A DNA stretch of 64,000 nt from an uncultured delta proteobacterium (GTDB taxonomy: Bacteria > Desulfobacterota > Binatia > Binatales > Binataceae), in contig CAVVMA010000015.1 of assembly GCA_963749215.1 (NCBI GenBank), positions 277,915 through 341,914 of the forward strand, written 5' to 3'. Both the position numbers and the translations under genes were made by a program. This document shows, in pieces, positions 18,983 to 29,403 of the stretch; within the stretch, counting starts at the first letter, position 1, and each line of letters starts with the position of its first letter. The notes beneath the pieces are model-generated. The model made no database searches. It was given only the letters and a program-made list of their open reading frames with translations, and was not told the DNA's origin.

Positions 18983-21281
18983 TTGCCCGATCTACTACAA
19001 TATGAGGAGTCACTTCCGGGTCCACTGGGAACCAGAGCGGAGATTGCCGGCGAGCAGACCGGAGCCGATTGGCGGAGCCGGTTACAGGTCCTGCGCAAGC
19101 GCAAGCGACTGATCCTGGGGTTCGCCGCAGCAACTGTGCTTGTCACCGCAGTCGCCGTGCTTTTTGTAATCACTCCGCTATATACGGCCAACACGACGCT
19201 GCTGATCGATAGAGCGCTGCCGCAGGTCCTCGACGTTCCGGAGTCGGTGATCGCACCCGGCCAATTTCCGGACACTGAACACGACTATTACAAGACTCAG
19301 TCCGAAATCCTGCAGAGCCGCGATCTCGGTCATCGAGAAACAGAAACTCGACCGCGATCCGTATTTTGTGAACGCCCTGCGCCCGCTGGTGCCGGAATGG
19401 CTCACCCGCCGCATTAACGCGCTGCTTTTGATGATCGGCGCTCAACGGCCGTTGCCGCCCGGCAAGAACGCGGTCGATCCGAGACTGGTCGACTTCTACC
19501 TGGACCACGTGATGAAGGTCGAGCCGATCCTGCAGACCGAATTGATCCAGCTGGAGATTAGCACCCCGAGCTCGGAACTGTCGGCCCGGCTCGCGAACGA
19601 GCACGCCGCGGCATTCGTCAGCAGCATCCGCAGGCTACGCAGCACGGCGAGCGCCGAGGGTCAGTCGTTTCTCGAAGAACGGCTGGGCGAGCTTCGCGAG
19701 CGCCTCAGACGTTCGGAAGCGGCCCTGAACGACTACACCCGGACCCATGGGTTGCTGGATTTCGAGGAAAAGGAAGAGAAGCAGGAGGATTCGAAGGACA
19801 GCCTGGTGATGGAAAAACTTTCAGACCTGCAGAAATTCCTGACCCAGGCGGAAGCCGACCGTATCGGGCTCGAAGCGCAGTTGATCCAGCTCCGCAAGGG
19901 TGACTACGCCGCGCTGCCCGGCGTGATGGACAACGAGTTGATCCAGGACCTCAAGAGTCAGCTCACGACTCTTCAATCCACCGAGGCGGGGTTGGCAACG
20001 CAGTATACGGACGACTATCCGCGGCTGGCGGAGATTCATGCCCAGGTCGAGTCGGTAAAAAGCGAACTGGCGCTCCATCTCCAGAAGTATGCCGCCAGCG
20101 TCGAGTTGGCGCATACCGCCGCGGTGCACAAGGAGGAATCGCTGCGCGCGAGCTACGCCGCGCATAAGGCCGAGGCACTCGCCATAAAGGACGCCGCGCT
20201 CGAATACGGAATCCTCTCGCGCGAGGTGAACACCAATCGCGAACTGTACAAGACCCTGCTCGAGCGCATGAAGCAGATGGGGATGGCGACTCAGCTTCCG
20301 ACCTCCGGGGTCTTGATCGTCGATGTCGCCACTGCTCCTATCCGGCCCTCCAGGCCCAAGAAACTTCTGAGTCTGCTGGTCGCTGCGTTCGCCGGACTCG
20401 TAGTCGGTACCGGTTTGGCATTCACATTCGAGTCGTTCGACACGGCCCTGAAAACCCCCGAAGAGGTCGAAGCATATCTTCGGCTTCCGACTCTCAGCCT
20501 GATTCCGGATCTGACCAAGCTGCTGCCGCCGCCCGGCGTCGAAAATGCCCGCCCGCGCGAATCCAGGCGCCTGACGTTCTCGCCGCGGACCAACGGCGCG
20601 GTGACACATCGCCGGGAGACCGTCTCCCTGATGCCGTCATGGTCTGCGACCGAGATGAACCGGCACCTGGTCCTGGAGGCATACCACTCGCTCTGCACCA
20701 GCATCACGCTTTCGAGAGCCGGACAACCGCCCCAAACTCTCCTGTTTACGAGTACCGCCGCCGGCGAAGGAAAGACCTTGATCGCGGTCGATACTGCGGC
20801 AAGCTTCGCGCGGCTTGGGGCGCGAGTGCTGCTGATCGACGCGGACCTCAGGCAATCGTCGTGCCATCGGCGGCTGGGAATCGAAAACGGCAAGGGACTC
20901 AGCGACGTTCTGACCGGACAGGCCGATCTTGCGGAGGCATTGAGAAAGACTTCGGTACCGAATCTTACGTTTCTCAGCAGCGGCTCTCCGGCACCCAACC
21001 CGGTCGCGCTCGTGGGGTCCGCTTCGATGCGGCGGACGCTCGAAGAGCTACGCCGCGACTTTGAATACATCGTTATCGACACCTGTCCCTCCTTCCACCT
21101 CAGCGAACCGATCTTGCTCTCCACGCTGGTGGACGGAGTGCTGCTGGTCCTGAACGGGTCGCAGACTCCCAGGGATCTCGCGCGAGCCACTATCGTCCGA
21201 CTGGAGCGCCATCGGGCGAATCTGCTCGGCGTGGTCATGAATCGCATGGACTTGCGACATCCCAAATACTCATACGGCTGA
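18983..21281 (+). pseudogene. wzc: Wzc-type polysaccharide co-polymerase / BY-kinase, frameshifted near 19328 (possibly an assembly error)
   Basis: Wzz-like N-terminus in ORF 18983-19417. Coiled coil, PIRPSRPKK, TSTAAGEGKT, LLIDADLR and IVIDT in ORF 19368-21281. Confidence 0.85.
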
Positions 21282-21343
21282 GAGCATCACGAGTGAGTAA
21301 TCGCGCGAATTTGGACCGAGACAACCAATCCTGGGGAGACGTC

Positions 21344-22357
21344 ATGAAAAACCAAAGAGTCAAGGCAGTGGTAACCGGCGCCGGCGGATTTATCGGACAC
21401 CATCTCGTTTCCCATTTGAAACGGCTTGGATACCAGGTTCGCGGCGTCGATCTGAAATACCCGGAGTTCGGAGCGACCGAAGCCGACGAATTCCTGATTC
21501 TTGATTTGAGGGAATCGCAAAGTTGCCGGCGCGCCACGCGCGATGCCGACGAAGTGTATGCCTTGGCGGCGGACATGGGCGGGATGGGCTTCATTTCGGC
21601 CAACCACGCTCAGATCCTTTACAACAATGCGATGATCAACTTTCAGACGCTCGAAGCTGCGCGCCGGAACTCGGTGCGGCGGTATCTCTATAGTTCGTCC
21701 GCGTGCGTTTACCCGGAGCACCTGCAGAGGAGCACCGATGTCACCCCGCTGCGCGAGGAGAATGCTTATCCGGCCGCGCCGCAGGATGCCTACGGATGGG
21801 AAAAGCTGATCACCGAGCGGCTCTGTACGCACTATCGCGAAGACTACGGAATCGAGACCCGGATCGTTCGCTTCCACAACATCTTTGGGCCTCTCGGCAC
21901 CTGGCGGGGCGGCCGCGAAAAGGCGCCCGGCGCACTATGCCGCAAGATTGCAATCGCGAAGCTGAGCGGAAGTCCCACGGTCCAGATTTGGGGAGACGGA
22001 CTTCAGACCCGCTCCTTCTGTTTCATCGACGACTGCGTATCGGGAATCCATCGGCTCATGCAGTCCGACTACGCCCAGCCGCTCAACCTGGGCCAGGATC
22101 GCCTCGTCACTATCCGCGAGCTCGCCGGCATCATCGCAGAAATCGCCGGCGTGCATATCGAGATGAAATTCGTGGCCGGCCCCCAGGGCGTGCGCGGCCG
22201 AAATTCCGACAACCGCAGATTGCGCGAGGTGCTCGGTTGGGAGCCCGAAATTTCGCTCGAAGAGGGCCTGACCCGGACCTATCGCTGGATCGAGGAGCAA
22301 GTGCGCAACGCGACGGACGGTGCCGGCGAGAATCAGCGCGTCGCCGCATTGCGATAG
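21344..22357 (+). CDS. NAD-dependent epimerase/dehydratase (GDP-mannose 3,5-epimerase-like)
   Basis: TGAGGFIG, LAADMGGMGFI, YGWEK, GGREKAP, GVRGRNSDN. Confidence 0.92.
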   Translation: MKNQRVKAVVTGAGGFIGHHLVSHLKRLGYQVRGVDLKYPEFGATEADEFLILDLRESQSCRRATRDADEVYALAADMGGMGFISANHAQILYNNAMINFQTLEAARRNSVRRYLYSSSACVYPEHLQRSTDVTPLREENAYPAAPQDAYGWEKLITERLCTHYREDYGIETRIVRFHNIFGPLGTWRGGREKAPGALCRKIAIAKLSGSPTVQIWGDGLQTRSFCFIDDCVSGIHRLMQSDYAQPLNLGQDRLVTIRELAGIIAEIAGVHIEMKFVAGPQGVRGRNSDNRRLREVLGWEPEISLEEGLTRTYRWIEEQVRNATDGAGENQRVAALR

Positions 22358-22458
22358 GTGACTCCCGGACCGAAACGGGCGGATGACGGTGGAAGTTGTG
22401 AGGGAACACTGATGACTCATTCATAGAATTCGATGCTTGCGACCGGCCTGAACAGGGC

Positions 22459-24039
22459 TTGCTGGAAACCCGAAGAATTGCGGTCGGGTCGCGCCCGCAT
22501 CACATCTGGAGTCGAGGCCCGGTGAGCACTCAGGTAGTCAGCTCCGCCGCAGCCGAGTCTCCGAGAGTTGCACGACTCTGGCCTTCGTTTTTCGATTCCG
22601 TACCGCCGCGCATTCAAGAAGCGCGCACACTATATGCGCTGTCGACCCCCTGGTGGGCGCCTTTCGCGCGCTGCGCCGCTTTGGCGTCGCTCGATCTTCT
22701 GGCTCTGACGGCATCGGCTGCGTTGGGTTACTGGCTATGGCCGTACCGGGTACTTGGTCAGATTCTTTCGGCCTATTCACTCGCGCTGCCTCTGATCTGT
22801 CTGCTCCCGGTTGGCTATGCGGCAGCCGGACTTTATCCCGGCTTCGGCCTTGGCGCGGTCGAGACTCTGCGCAAGACAACCTTCTGCACGACTATCGGCT
22901 ACATGAGTTTCGCCGCCTCAGTGTTTCTCTTGAAGCTGCCCAATTCATTCTCGCGAGTCGGCTTTGCGCTGACCTGGGCCGCGACCCTGATTCTGGTACC
23001 AACCGTCAGATTCGTGGCCCTCTCGAGGCTCACGCGTTTTCGATGGTGGAGGAAACCAGCGGTCCTATGCGGCAGCGAGCAATGGATCGAAAGGACGACT
23101 CCGGGACTACAAGCTTCGCGCTCGCTCGGTTACGGCCCGGTCGCAGCGGTGCTCAGCAATGGCCGGAGACCCTCGTCCAGGACGATCGCGAATCTGCCCA
23201 TGCTCACCGAACAGGCCGCACGCTCGCTGGCACAGCGCCTGGAATGTGCAGTGATGGTCGAAGAGACCGAGGCACACTCGCCGGCCGCTGGATGGCTTTG
23301 GCAGACCTTTCCGCGCCTGCTTCTGCTTCGTGAATATGGCGACCTGCCGCTCGAGGGCGCACAGGTGCGCACTCTGGGCAGCGCTCTCGGCATCGAGTTT
23401 TCGAACAACCTCCTGATCAGAAGGAACCTTTTGTGCAAGCGTCTGCTGGATCTCCTGGTCGGATTGATCGCGCTGACTGCGGCTCTGCCGCTGATAACAC
23501 TGGGCGCATTCGCAGTCTGGGTGGCCGATGGACGTCCGATGTTCTTCGCCCAGGAGCGTGACGGCGCCGGCGGCCGGCGCATCAGGGTCTGGAAGCTGCG
23601 CACGATGTACAACGACGCCGAGTTGAGGCTCGGCCGCGTCATTGCGTCTGACCCCGCTCTCAAGCGCGAGTGGGAACAGCACTACAAGCTGAGGCACGAT
23701 CCGAGAGTCTTGCCATGGATCGGCGAGTTACTTCGCCGCTGGAGCATCGATGAGCTGCCCCAGTTATGGAACGTGCTGGCCGGAGAGATGAGCCTGGTAG
23801 GGCCGCGGCCGGTACCGAGCTATCACCTGGAACGGCTGCCTCGCGAGTCTCTGGAGGTGCGATCTCGAGTCTTACCGGGACTCACCGGAATGTGGCAGGT
23901 GATGGTGCGGGGAAGCGGGACGCTGGACCAGCTGGCGTCGCTCGATACCTACTACGTCCGGAACTGGTCGATCTGGCTGGATATCTATCTGCTCGCGCGC
24001 ACCGGCTTTGCCGTGTTTTCCGGAAATGGCGCCTACTGA
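22459..24039 (+). CDS. Initiating polyprenyl-phosphate sugar transferase (WbaP/WcaJ-like)
   Basis: TM region, then KLRTM, DPRV, SIDELPQLWNVL.GEMSLVGPRP, PGLTGMWQV, YVRNWS. Confidence 0.92.
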   Translation: MLETRRIAVGSRPHHIWSRGPVSTQVVSSAAAESPRVARLWPSFFDSVPPRIQEARTLYALSTPWWAPFARCAALASLDLLALTASAALGYWLWPYRVLGQILSAYSLALPLICLLPVGYAAAGLYPGFGLGAVETLRKTTFCTTIGYMSFAASVFLLKLPNSFSRVGFALTWAATLILVPTVRFVALSRLTRFRWWRKPAVLCGSEQWIERTTPGLQASRSLGYGPVAAVLSNGRRPSSRTIANLPMLTEQAARSLAQRLECAVMVEETEAHSPAAGWLWQTFPRLLLLREYGDLPLEGAQVRTLGSALGIEFSNNLLIRRNLLCKRLLDLLVGLIALTAALPLITLGAFAVWVADGRPMFFAQERDGAGGRRIRVWKLRTMYNDAELRLGRVIASDPALKREWEQHYKLRHDPRVLPWIGELLRRWSIDELPQLWNVLAGEMSLVGPRPVPSYHLERLPRESLEVRSRVLPGLTGMWQVMVRGSGTLDQLASLDTYYVRNWSIWLDIYLLARTGFAVFSGNGAY

Positions 24040-27000
24040 AACCGCTATCGGTCTCGAAACCGCCGGGGTGCTTGAAGAGGCACACACCGAACGCGTTCTG
24101 GGCCTGAGCGACGCAGCCTACTCGCTCATCGACCAGGTTTCCTTCTCACTCTCACACTTCGCATTGAATATCCTGCTGGCGCGCTGGCTATTGCCGGTGA
24201 CCTTCGGCGCTTTCTCGTTCGGCTTTTCGATTCTGCTTCTGATCGCCGCACTCTACAATGCCGTGGCGACGGAACCGCTGCTGATGTTCGGTGCCTCGCG
24301 CTTTCGCGGTGGCTTCAGGACTTATCTCGGGGTCGTGATGCGAGCTCATTGCGCGTTCAGCGTGGGCGTCGTCGCGATCGCCGCACTGAGCGGATGCGTA
24401 GCGCGAGTGCTGGGCTCGCCGGAGGCGGCTCAGGCCTTGTTCGGCGTCGCGATCGCGACGCCGCTGGTCTTGCTTTCGTGGCTGTTGCGGCCGGCCTGCT
24501 ATGTCTTGCGCAGAACCTCGTGGGCTGGTTTGTCGGGCATCATCTACTTCGCGGCGCTGGTCGGATCGCTCGTCACGCTTCATCGACTCGCCATCCTCAA
24601 TACGCTCACCGCCTTCCTCGCGATGGCGTTCGCGTCGGCCAGTGCGTGTATCGTTCTTCTGATCCTCCTGCGCCCGGTGCTCAGCAGAGCACCACGAGAG
24701 TTCACCGACTCGGTGAAGCAGGCTCACCTGGGATTTGGCGGGCTCAACCTGGTCGCCGCCAGTTTCACCTGGCTCTCGGGGCAGATTCTGGTCTTCCTTA
24801 TTCCATTTTTTATGGGGTTCCGCTCGGTTGCGATGATTGCTGCGGCCCTGAACTTCTATCGCCCGCTGCATCTCATCATGCGCTCAGCGACCGGTCTGGT
24901 CCTGCCCTTTGGCGCGCAACTCGCTTCAAGCGCTGAAGGCGCCGAAACTCTGGCGGCGCGTTCGCGCAGGTTTGTACTCGGCTCGGGCCTCGGCGTGCTT
25001 ACTTACAGCATCGTCCTGACAGCCTTCGCCGGTCCGATCTTCGCGCACGTCTACGGAGCCAAATACGACTTGCATCGGCCGCTGGTGTTCCTGCTGGGAC
25101 TCGCTTACACGGGCTCGATTCTCGTTCAGGCCGACGCTCTCATTCTAAAGGCGATCGGCCAGATGCGCGCACTGGTAATGATATGGATCTTCCCCGCGCT
25201 GCTGACCACGCTGCTGTCGATTCCGGCGCTGCTGACAAACAACGTCGTGGTAGTGCTCGCAGTCTATGCCGCGAGCTACCTGAGCGCGGCTGTGATCGCG
25301 CGGCGGCATACCCGCGCCGCGCTGCGTGAATTTTCTCCCGCCGGCAATCGAAGAGCCTCGCTGTCGTTGCTGCATCCGAAGGCTTCTGTCAGCGGACCCC
25401 CGCGAAGTCCCAAGCCGGATAACGCGACCCCGGAAGCTTACCCCGGCTCCGCGCTCGTTCTGTCCCGCTGCGGGACTACTCCAGAGCCTCGAGACCACGC
25501 GGAGGAAATCGACGGGACGGCCGATCCCGATGCGATCGATACTGAACGCGCGCTCCGGGTTGGAATTCTTCTGACCCTGGCCCAGGCCCTTGACCACGAA
25601 GGCATCAAGTACTGTCTCCTGCACGGATTGGATCGCTTGCCGGAAGGCTCAGGTGACTTCGACCTGATCGTCGAGCCCGCCGGATTGGCCGGCTTCGAGG
25701 ACGTGCTCAGGCACATTCCGGAGATCGACCTAATCCAGTTGCTGCAACACGAAACCACCTGCTTCTTTTTCGTGGCCGCATCGCACGACGGCCGAACCTT
25801 CGTCCAGTTCGACGTTGCGACCGACTATCGCCGCGAGGGCCGCGTCTATTTTTCCGCCGATGAGCTCCTGCGCGGTCGCCGGCAATCCAAGCAGCTATGG
25901 GTTCCCAGCCGCGAAGCTGAACTGTCCTATCTGATCGTCAAAAAGATTTCCAAGTTGGCGTTTCCGCGCCATCAGAGACGCCGTATGGAGCACCTCGCCG
26001 GCGCGTTACCGCAGCAGGCGGAGCAGATCTGCCGGCGATTACTGGGTCCGCGATATGGCGCCGCTCTGTTCGCGGCGGTGCGAGCCGGCGATTGGACCCC
26101 CGTCGAGCAGCGAATGCCGAGCTTCAAGCGCGCTCTGCGATGGAACGCGCTGCGGCACGACCCATTCAATTCGATCCGATATTGGATTCCGGAGTTGCGG
26201 CGAAGGTGGAAGCGTTGGATGCACCCGACCGGCCTGTTCGTCGCGCTGCTGGGACCCGATGGGGTGGGGAAGAGCACCGTCGCCGTGCGGGCGACGGCGA
26301 TTATGACCGGCGGCCCTGCGATGACCGGAGCTTTCAGGCGCGCGGACAGCTTCCATCTGCGTCCGCATACTCTAAGCGCCGCCGACGAGACGGGCGCTCC
26401 GGTGGTCGATCCTCACGGAGCCGAGCCGCGTTCGTATCTGGTTTCGATCGGCAAGCTTGGCTTTTACGTCGCGGACTATTTTTTCGGCTACATGAGCCGC
26501 CTGCGTCCCAAGCTCGTACGTTCAAGCCTGCTTTTTGCCGACAGATATTACGACGACTTGCTTGTCGATCGACGGAGATATCGTTACGGGGGTTCGACGC
26601 GGCTGCTTCCCTGGTGCGGACGTGTTGTTCCGGAACCCAACGTCCTGATCGTGCTCGATGCTGCCGAGAACCAGCTGCTTGAGCGCAAGCGGGAGATCTC
26701 CGCGCCAGAGTTGACGCGCCAGCGGCGCGCGTACCGCAGGCTGGTCGGCGATCGTTCGAACGCGTTCCTGGTTGATGGGTCGCGCCGCGAAGAGCTGGTC
26801 GCCCGTGACTTGGGCGGCGCCTGTCTGGATTTCATGCGTGACCGCTATGCATCGCGAAGTGCTGCCTGGTTTGCCGAGGATTGGGACGAAGACCTGCGAT
26901 GGTTGAGCTCCGCCCTGCTGGATCCGCCGCGGGCGCGCTTCGTTTCAGGAGCGGCGGAGCCACAGCGGCCATGGCGTAAGACCTCGCCTGCGTTCCTCAA

Positions 27001-28105
27001 AGTTACGCCCGGTCTTGGCCGCCGCTATCTTATTCCAACCGGACCGGCGGCGGTCCACGGTCTCGAGCTTTACAACGCTCAACGGCTGAAGGCTCGCGTC
27101 GCCCGGGCAGCTCTTTCGGCCGCGGCGCAATCGGGCCTGACTTCCCGGCTGTTGCCTTCAGTCTCGGTCCAGGTCTGCACCGAACTCGGTGACCGGGAGG
27201 TTGCGGACGCCAGTGTTTTCGAACATCTGAAGAAGCTTTTCCGCGACGAGAAACTTTCTTTCGCGGTCTCGCTCGGAACACCCGGACCGCATCGCAAGCC
27301 CGTGATTCAGGTTCTCGGGCATGACGGTGAAGCGGCGGGCTATCTCAAAATAGGCGCCGACGCTTCGTCCGATCGGCTGGTCCAGAACGAGGCGAGCATG
27401 CTGCAGTTGCTGGAACACTTCCAGTTCCGCAGCTGCGCTGTGCCCGGTCTTCTCAGTTCGGGCAAATGGCACGGACGGCCCTACTGTCTGCAATCGGCGC
27501 CCGCTGAAAAGCTGGAGACCGCCTCCACTCGTCTAACCGATCGATACTACGACATCGTGATCGAACTCAGCACGCTGGGCCGTACGACGCGGCCGTGGTC
27601 GTCGAGCGGGTTCTGGTGCGATGTGGTCTCCTCGATTTCGCGCGTGCGCAACCGTTACTATCGCCATCTCCTGGAACAGGGAGCCTCGGCGGTCGAACGG
27701 CGGCTACGCCCGGCTGACCTTCCCTTTCACTTCTGCCATGGCGATTTCACGCCCTGGAACGCGAAGCAGTTGCGCGACGGGCTATACGTCTTTGACTGGG
27801 AATGCGCCGACCAGCAAGGTCCGCCGGGTTGGGATCTCTTCCACTTCTTCACCGAGACCGGCCTTTTGCTGAAGGGAGCCACGCCCAGGCAACTTGTCGA
27901 CGACATGCTCTCGGCGGGACCGGCTTCTCAATGGCTCAGCAAGTACCTCCAATCGGTCTCTGTCCGCAACGAGTACCTGACACCGCTCTATCTTGCCTAT
28001 CTGGTCTGCAGGCTCTCGCTATATGCGAGAGTCGAAGAAGGCTATTTCCACAGGCGTCAGCAACTTGCGGCGCTGGTCGCAATGACTATTGGGGAATTGG
28101 AGTGA
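24026..28105 (+). CDS. Fusion: Wzx-type flippase + nucleotidyltransferase-like + thymidylate-kinase-like + APH-type kinase
   Basis: About 430 aa of many TM helices, a Pro-rich linker, GDFDLIV, GPDGVGKST..DRYY and HGDFTPWN..DWE, all in one open frame. Confidence 0.8.
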   Translation: MAPTETAIGLETAGVLEEAHTERVLGLSDAAYSLIDQVSFSLSHFALNILLARWLLPVTFGAFSFGFSILLLIAALYNAVATEPLLMFGASRFRGGFRTYLGVVMRAHCAFSVGVVAIAALSGCVARVLGSPEAAQALFGVAIATPLVLLSWLLRPACYVLRRTSWAGLSGIIYFAALVGSLVTLHRLAILNTLTAFLAMAFASASACIVLLILLRPVLSRAPREFTDSVKQAHLGFGGLNLVAASFTWLSGQILVFLIPFFMGFRSVAMIAAALNFYRPLHLIMRSATGLVLPFGAQLASSAEGAETLAARSRRFVLGSGLGVLTYSIVLTAFAGPIFAHVYGAKYDLHRPLVFLLGLAYTGSILVQADALILKAIGQMRALVMIWIFPALLTTLLSIPALLTNNVVVVLAVYAASYLSAAVIARRHTRAALREFSPAGNRRASLSLLHPKASVSGPPRSPKPDNATPEAYPGSALVLSRCGTTPEPRDHAEEIDGTADPDAIDTERALRVGILLTLAQALDHEGIKYCLLHGLDRLPEGSGDFDLIVEPAGLAGFEDVLRHIPEIDLIQLLQHETTCFFFVAASHDGRTFVQFDVATDYRREGRVYFSADELLRGRRQSKQLWVPSREAELSYLIVKKISKLAFPRHQRRRMEHLAGALPQQAEQICRRLLGPRYGAALFAAVRAGDWTPVEQRMPSFKRALRWNALRHDPFNSIRYWIPELRRRWKRWMHPTGLFVALLGPDGVGKSTVAVRATAIMTGGPAMTGAFRRADSFHLRPHTLSAADETGAPVVDPHGAEPRSYLVSIGKLGFYVADYFFGYMSRLRPKLVRSSLLFADRYYDDLLVDRRRYRYGGSTRLLPWCGRVVPEPNVLIVLDAAENQLLERKREISAPELTRQRRAYRRLVGDRSNAFLVDGSRREELVARDLGGACLDFMRDRYASRSAAWFAEDWDEDLRWLSSALLDPPRARFVSGAAEPQRPWRKTSPAFLKVTPGLGRRYLIPTGPAAVHGLELYNAQRLKARVARAALSAAAQSGLTSRLLPSVSVQVCTELGDREVADASVFEHLKKLFRDEKLSFAVSLGTPGPHRKPVIQVLGHDGEAAGYLKIGADASSDRLVQNEASMLQLLEHFQFRSCAVPGLLSSGKWHGRPYCLQSAPAEKLETASTRLTDRYYDIVIELSTLGRTTRPWSSSGFWCDVVSSISRVRNRYYRHLLEQGASAVERRLRPADLPFHFCHGDFTPWNAKQLRDGLYVFDWECADQQGPPGWDLFHFFTETGLLLKGATPRQLVDDMLSAGPASQWLSKYLQSVSVRNEYLTPLYLAYLVCRLSLYARVEEGYFHRRQQLAALVAMTIGELE

Positions 28106-29403
28106 TGCCTCGGCGCCTTCGCGTACTGATGTCCGCATACGCGTGCGAGCCGGAGAAAGGATCCGAGTCCGGCATCGGATGGAGCTTCGTGTCTCAAGCC
28201 GCGCAGTTTCACGATTTATGGGTGATCACCCGTGCGAGCAATCGATCGGCCATCGAAGCAAGCCTCGGCAAGCATCCGCTCAATAATGTTCAATGGCTAT
28301 TCTTCGATCTTCCCCGATGGAGCCGGTTCTGGAAGAAGGGCGAACGAGGCGTCAATCTCTATTACTACTTGTGGCAACTGGGTATCTACTCGCACGCCAG
28401 GCGATTGACGAGCGTGACATCCTTTGATCTGGTCCATCATGTGACATTCGGCAAGTACTGGTCTCCGAGTCTGCTGGCGTCGCTGTCCGTGCCGTTTGTG
28501 TGGGGACCGCTCGGAGGCGCGGAGTCCACGCCGCCTGGATTCTCGACCCGCTTTGGTCGGCGCGCGCAGGTTTACGAAGCGGCGCGGAGCGCCGCGCGAC
28601 GCGTCGAGGAGATCGACCCGCTGGTGCGCCTCACCGCCCGCCGCTCCGCGCTCGCGCTGGCTACCACCGCGCAGACTCAGGAACGTCTTGCCCGGATGGG
28701 CTGCCGCGACGTGCGGCTGCGCTTCGCGCTTGGGCTGGGGCGCGACGAGTTAGGCACATTGAAAAGTCCACCGCTCGGTGGCAGGCGGCCGTTCAGAGTC
28801 GTGAGCTGCGGGCGGCTCCTGCATTGGAAGGGCTTCGACCTCGGCCTCAAGGCTTTTGCGCTCCTGAATCGAGACCTGCCTGACAGCGAGTACGTAGTCG
28901 TGGGAGAAGGACCGGAGCGCCGCAACCTGGAACGGCTGGCGGCCGATCTCGGCATCGCGGGAAAAATCGGGTTCCGCGGCCGGTTGCCGCGTGCCGAGAC
29001 CTTCGAGCAATTCAGGGACTGCGCGGTGATGGTCCACCCAAGTCTCCACGATTCGAGCGGAATGGTTTGCATCGAAGCGATGGCGGCGGGCCGGCCGGTG
29101 GTCTGTCTTGACTGGGCCGGGCCCGCGATGCTGGTGAGCGACGACGCGGGCATCAAGGTTCCGGCTGCTGACCCGGAGCAAGCCGTCAGGGGCCTGGCCG
29201 CCGCGATGCTGCAGCTTGCACGCGATGACTCGCTGCGCGCCTCGATGGGCGCCGCGGCGCGGCGGCGGGTGGAGCGCGAGTTCGTATCGGAAAGGCAGGC
29301 GGCGTCGCTTCGCGATCTGTACCACGAAGCGGCGGAGGCCGGTGCCGGACGAGTCCCGGCGCGGGCGCATGCCGGCCGGAAAATGGCGACGTCACCCAAA
29401 TGA
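28105..29403 (+). CDS. Glycosyltransferase family 4
   Basis: SAYACEP.GSE.G.GW, GRLLHWKG, EAMAAGRPV. Confidence 0.92.
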   Translation: MPRRLRVLMSAYACEPEKGSESGIGWSFVSQAAQFHDLWVITRASNRSAIEASLGKHPLNNVQWLFFDLPRWSRFWKKGERGVNLYYYLWQLGIYSHARRLTSVTSFDLVHHVTFGKYWSPSLLASLSVPFVWGPLGGAESTPPGFSTRFGRRAQVYEAARSAARRVEEIDPLVRLTARRSALALATTAQTQERLARMGCRDVRLRFALGLGRDELGTLKSPPLGGRRPFRVVSCGRLLHWKGFDLGLKAFALLNRDLPDSEYVVVGEGPERRNLERLAADLGIAGKIGFRGRLPRAETFEQFRDCAVMVHPSLHDSSGMVCIEAMAAGRPVVCLDWAGPAMLVSDDAGIKVPAADPEQAVRGLAAAMLQLARDDSLRASMGAAARRRVEREFVSERQAASLRDLYHEAAEAGAGRVPARAHAGRKMATSPK

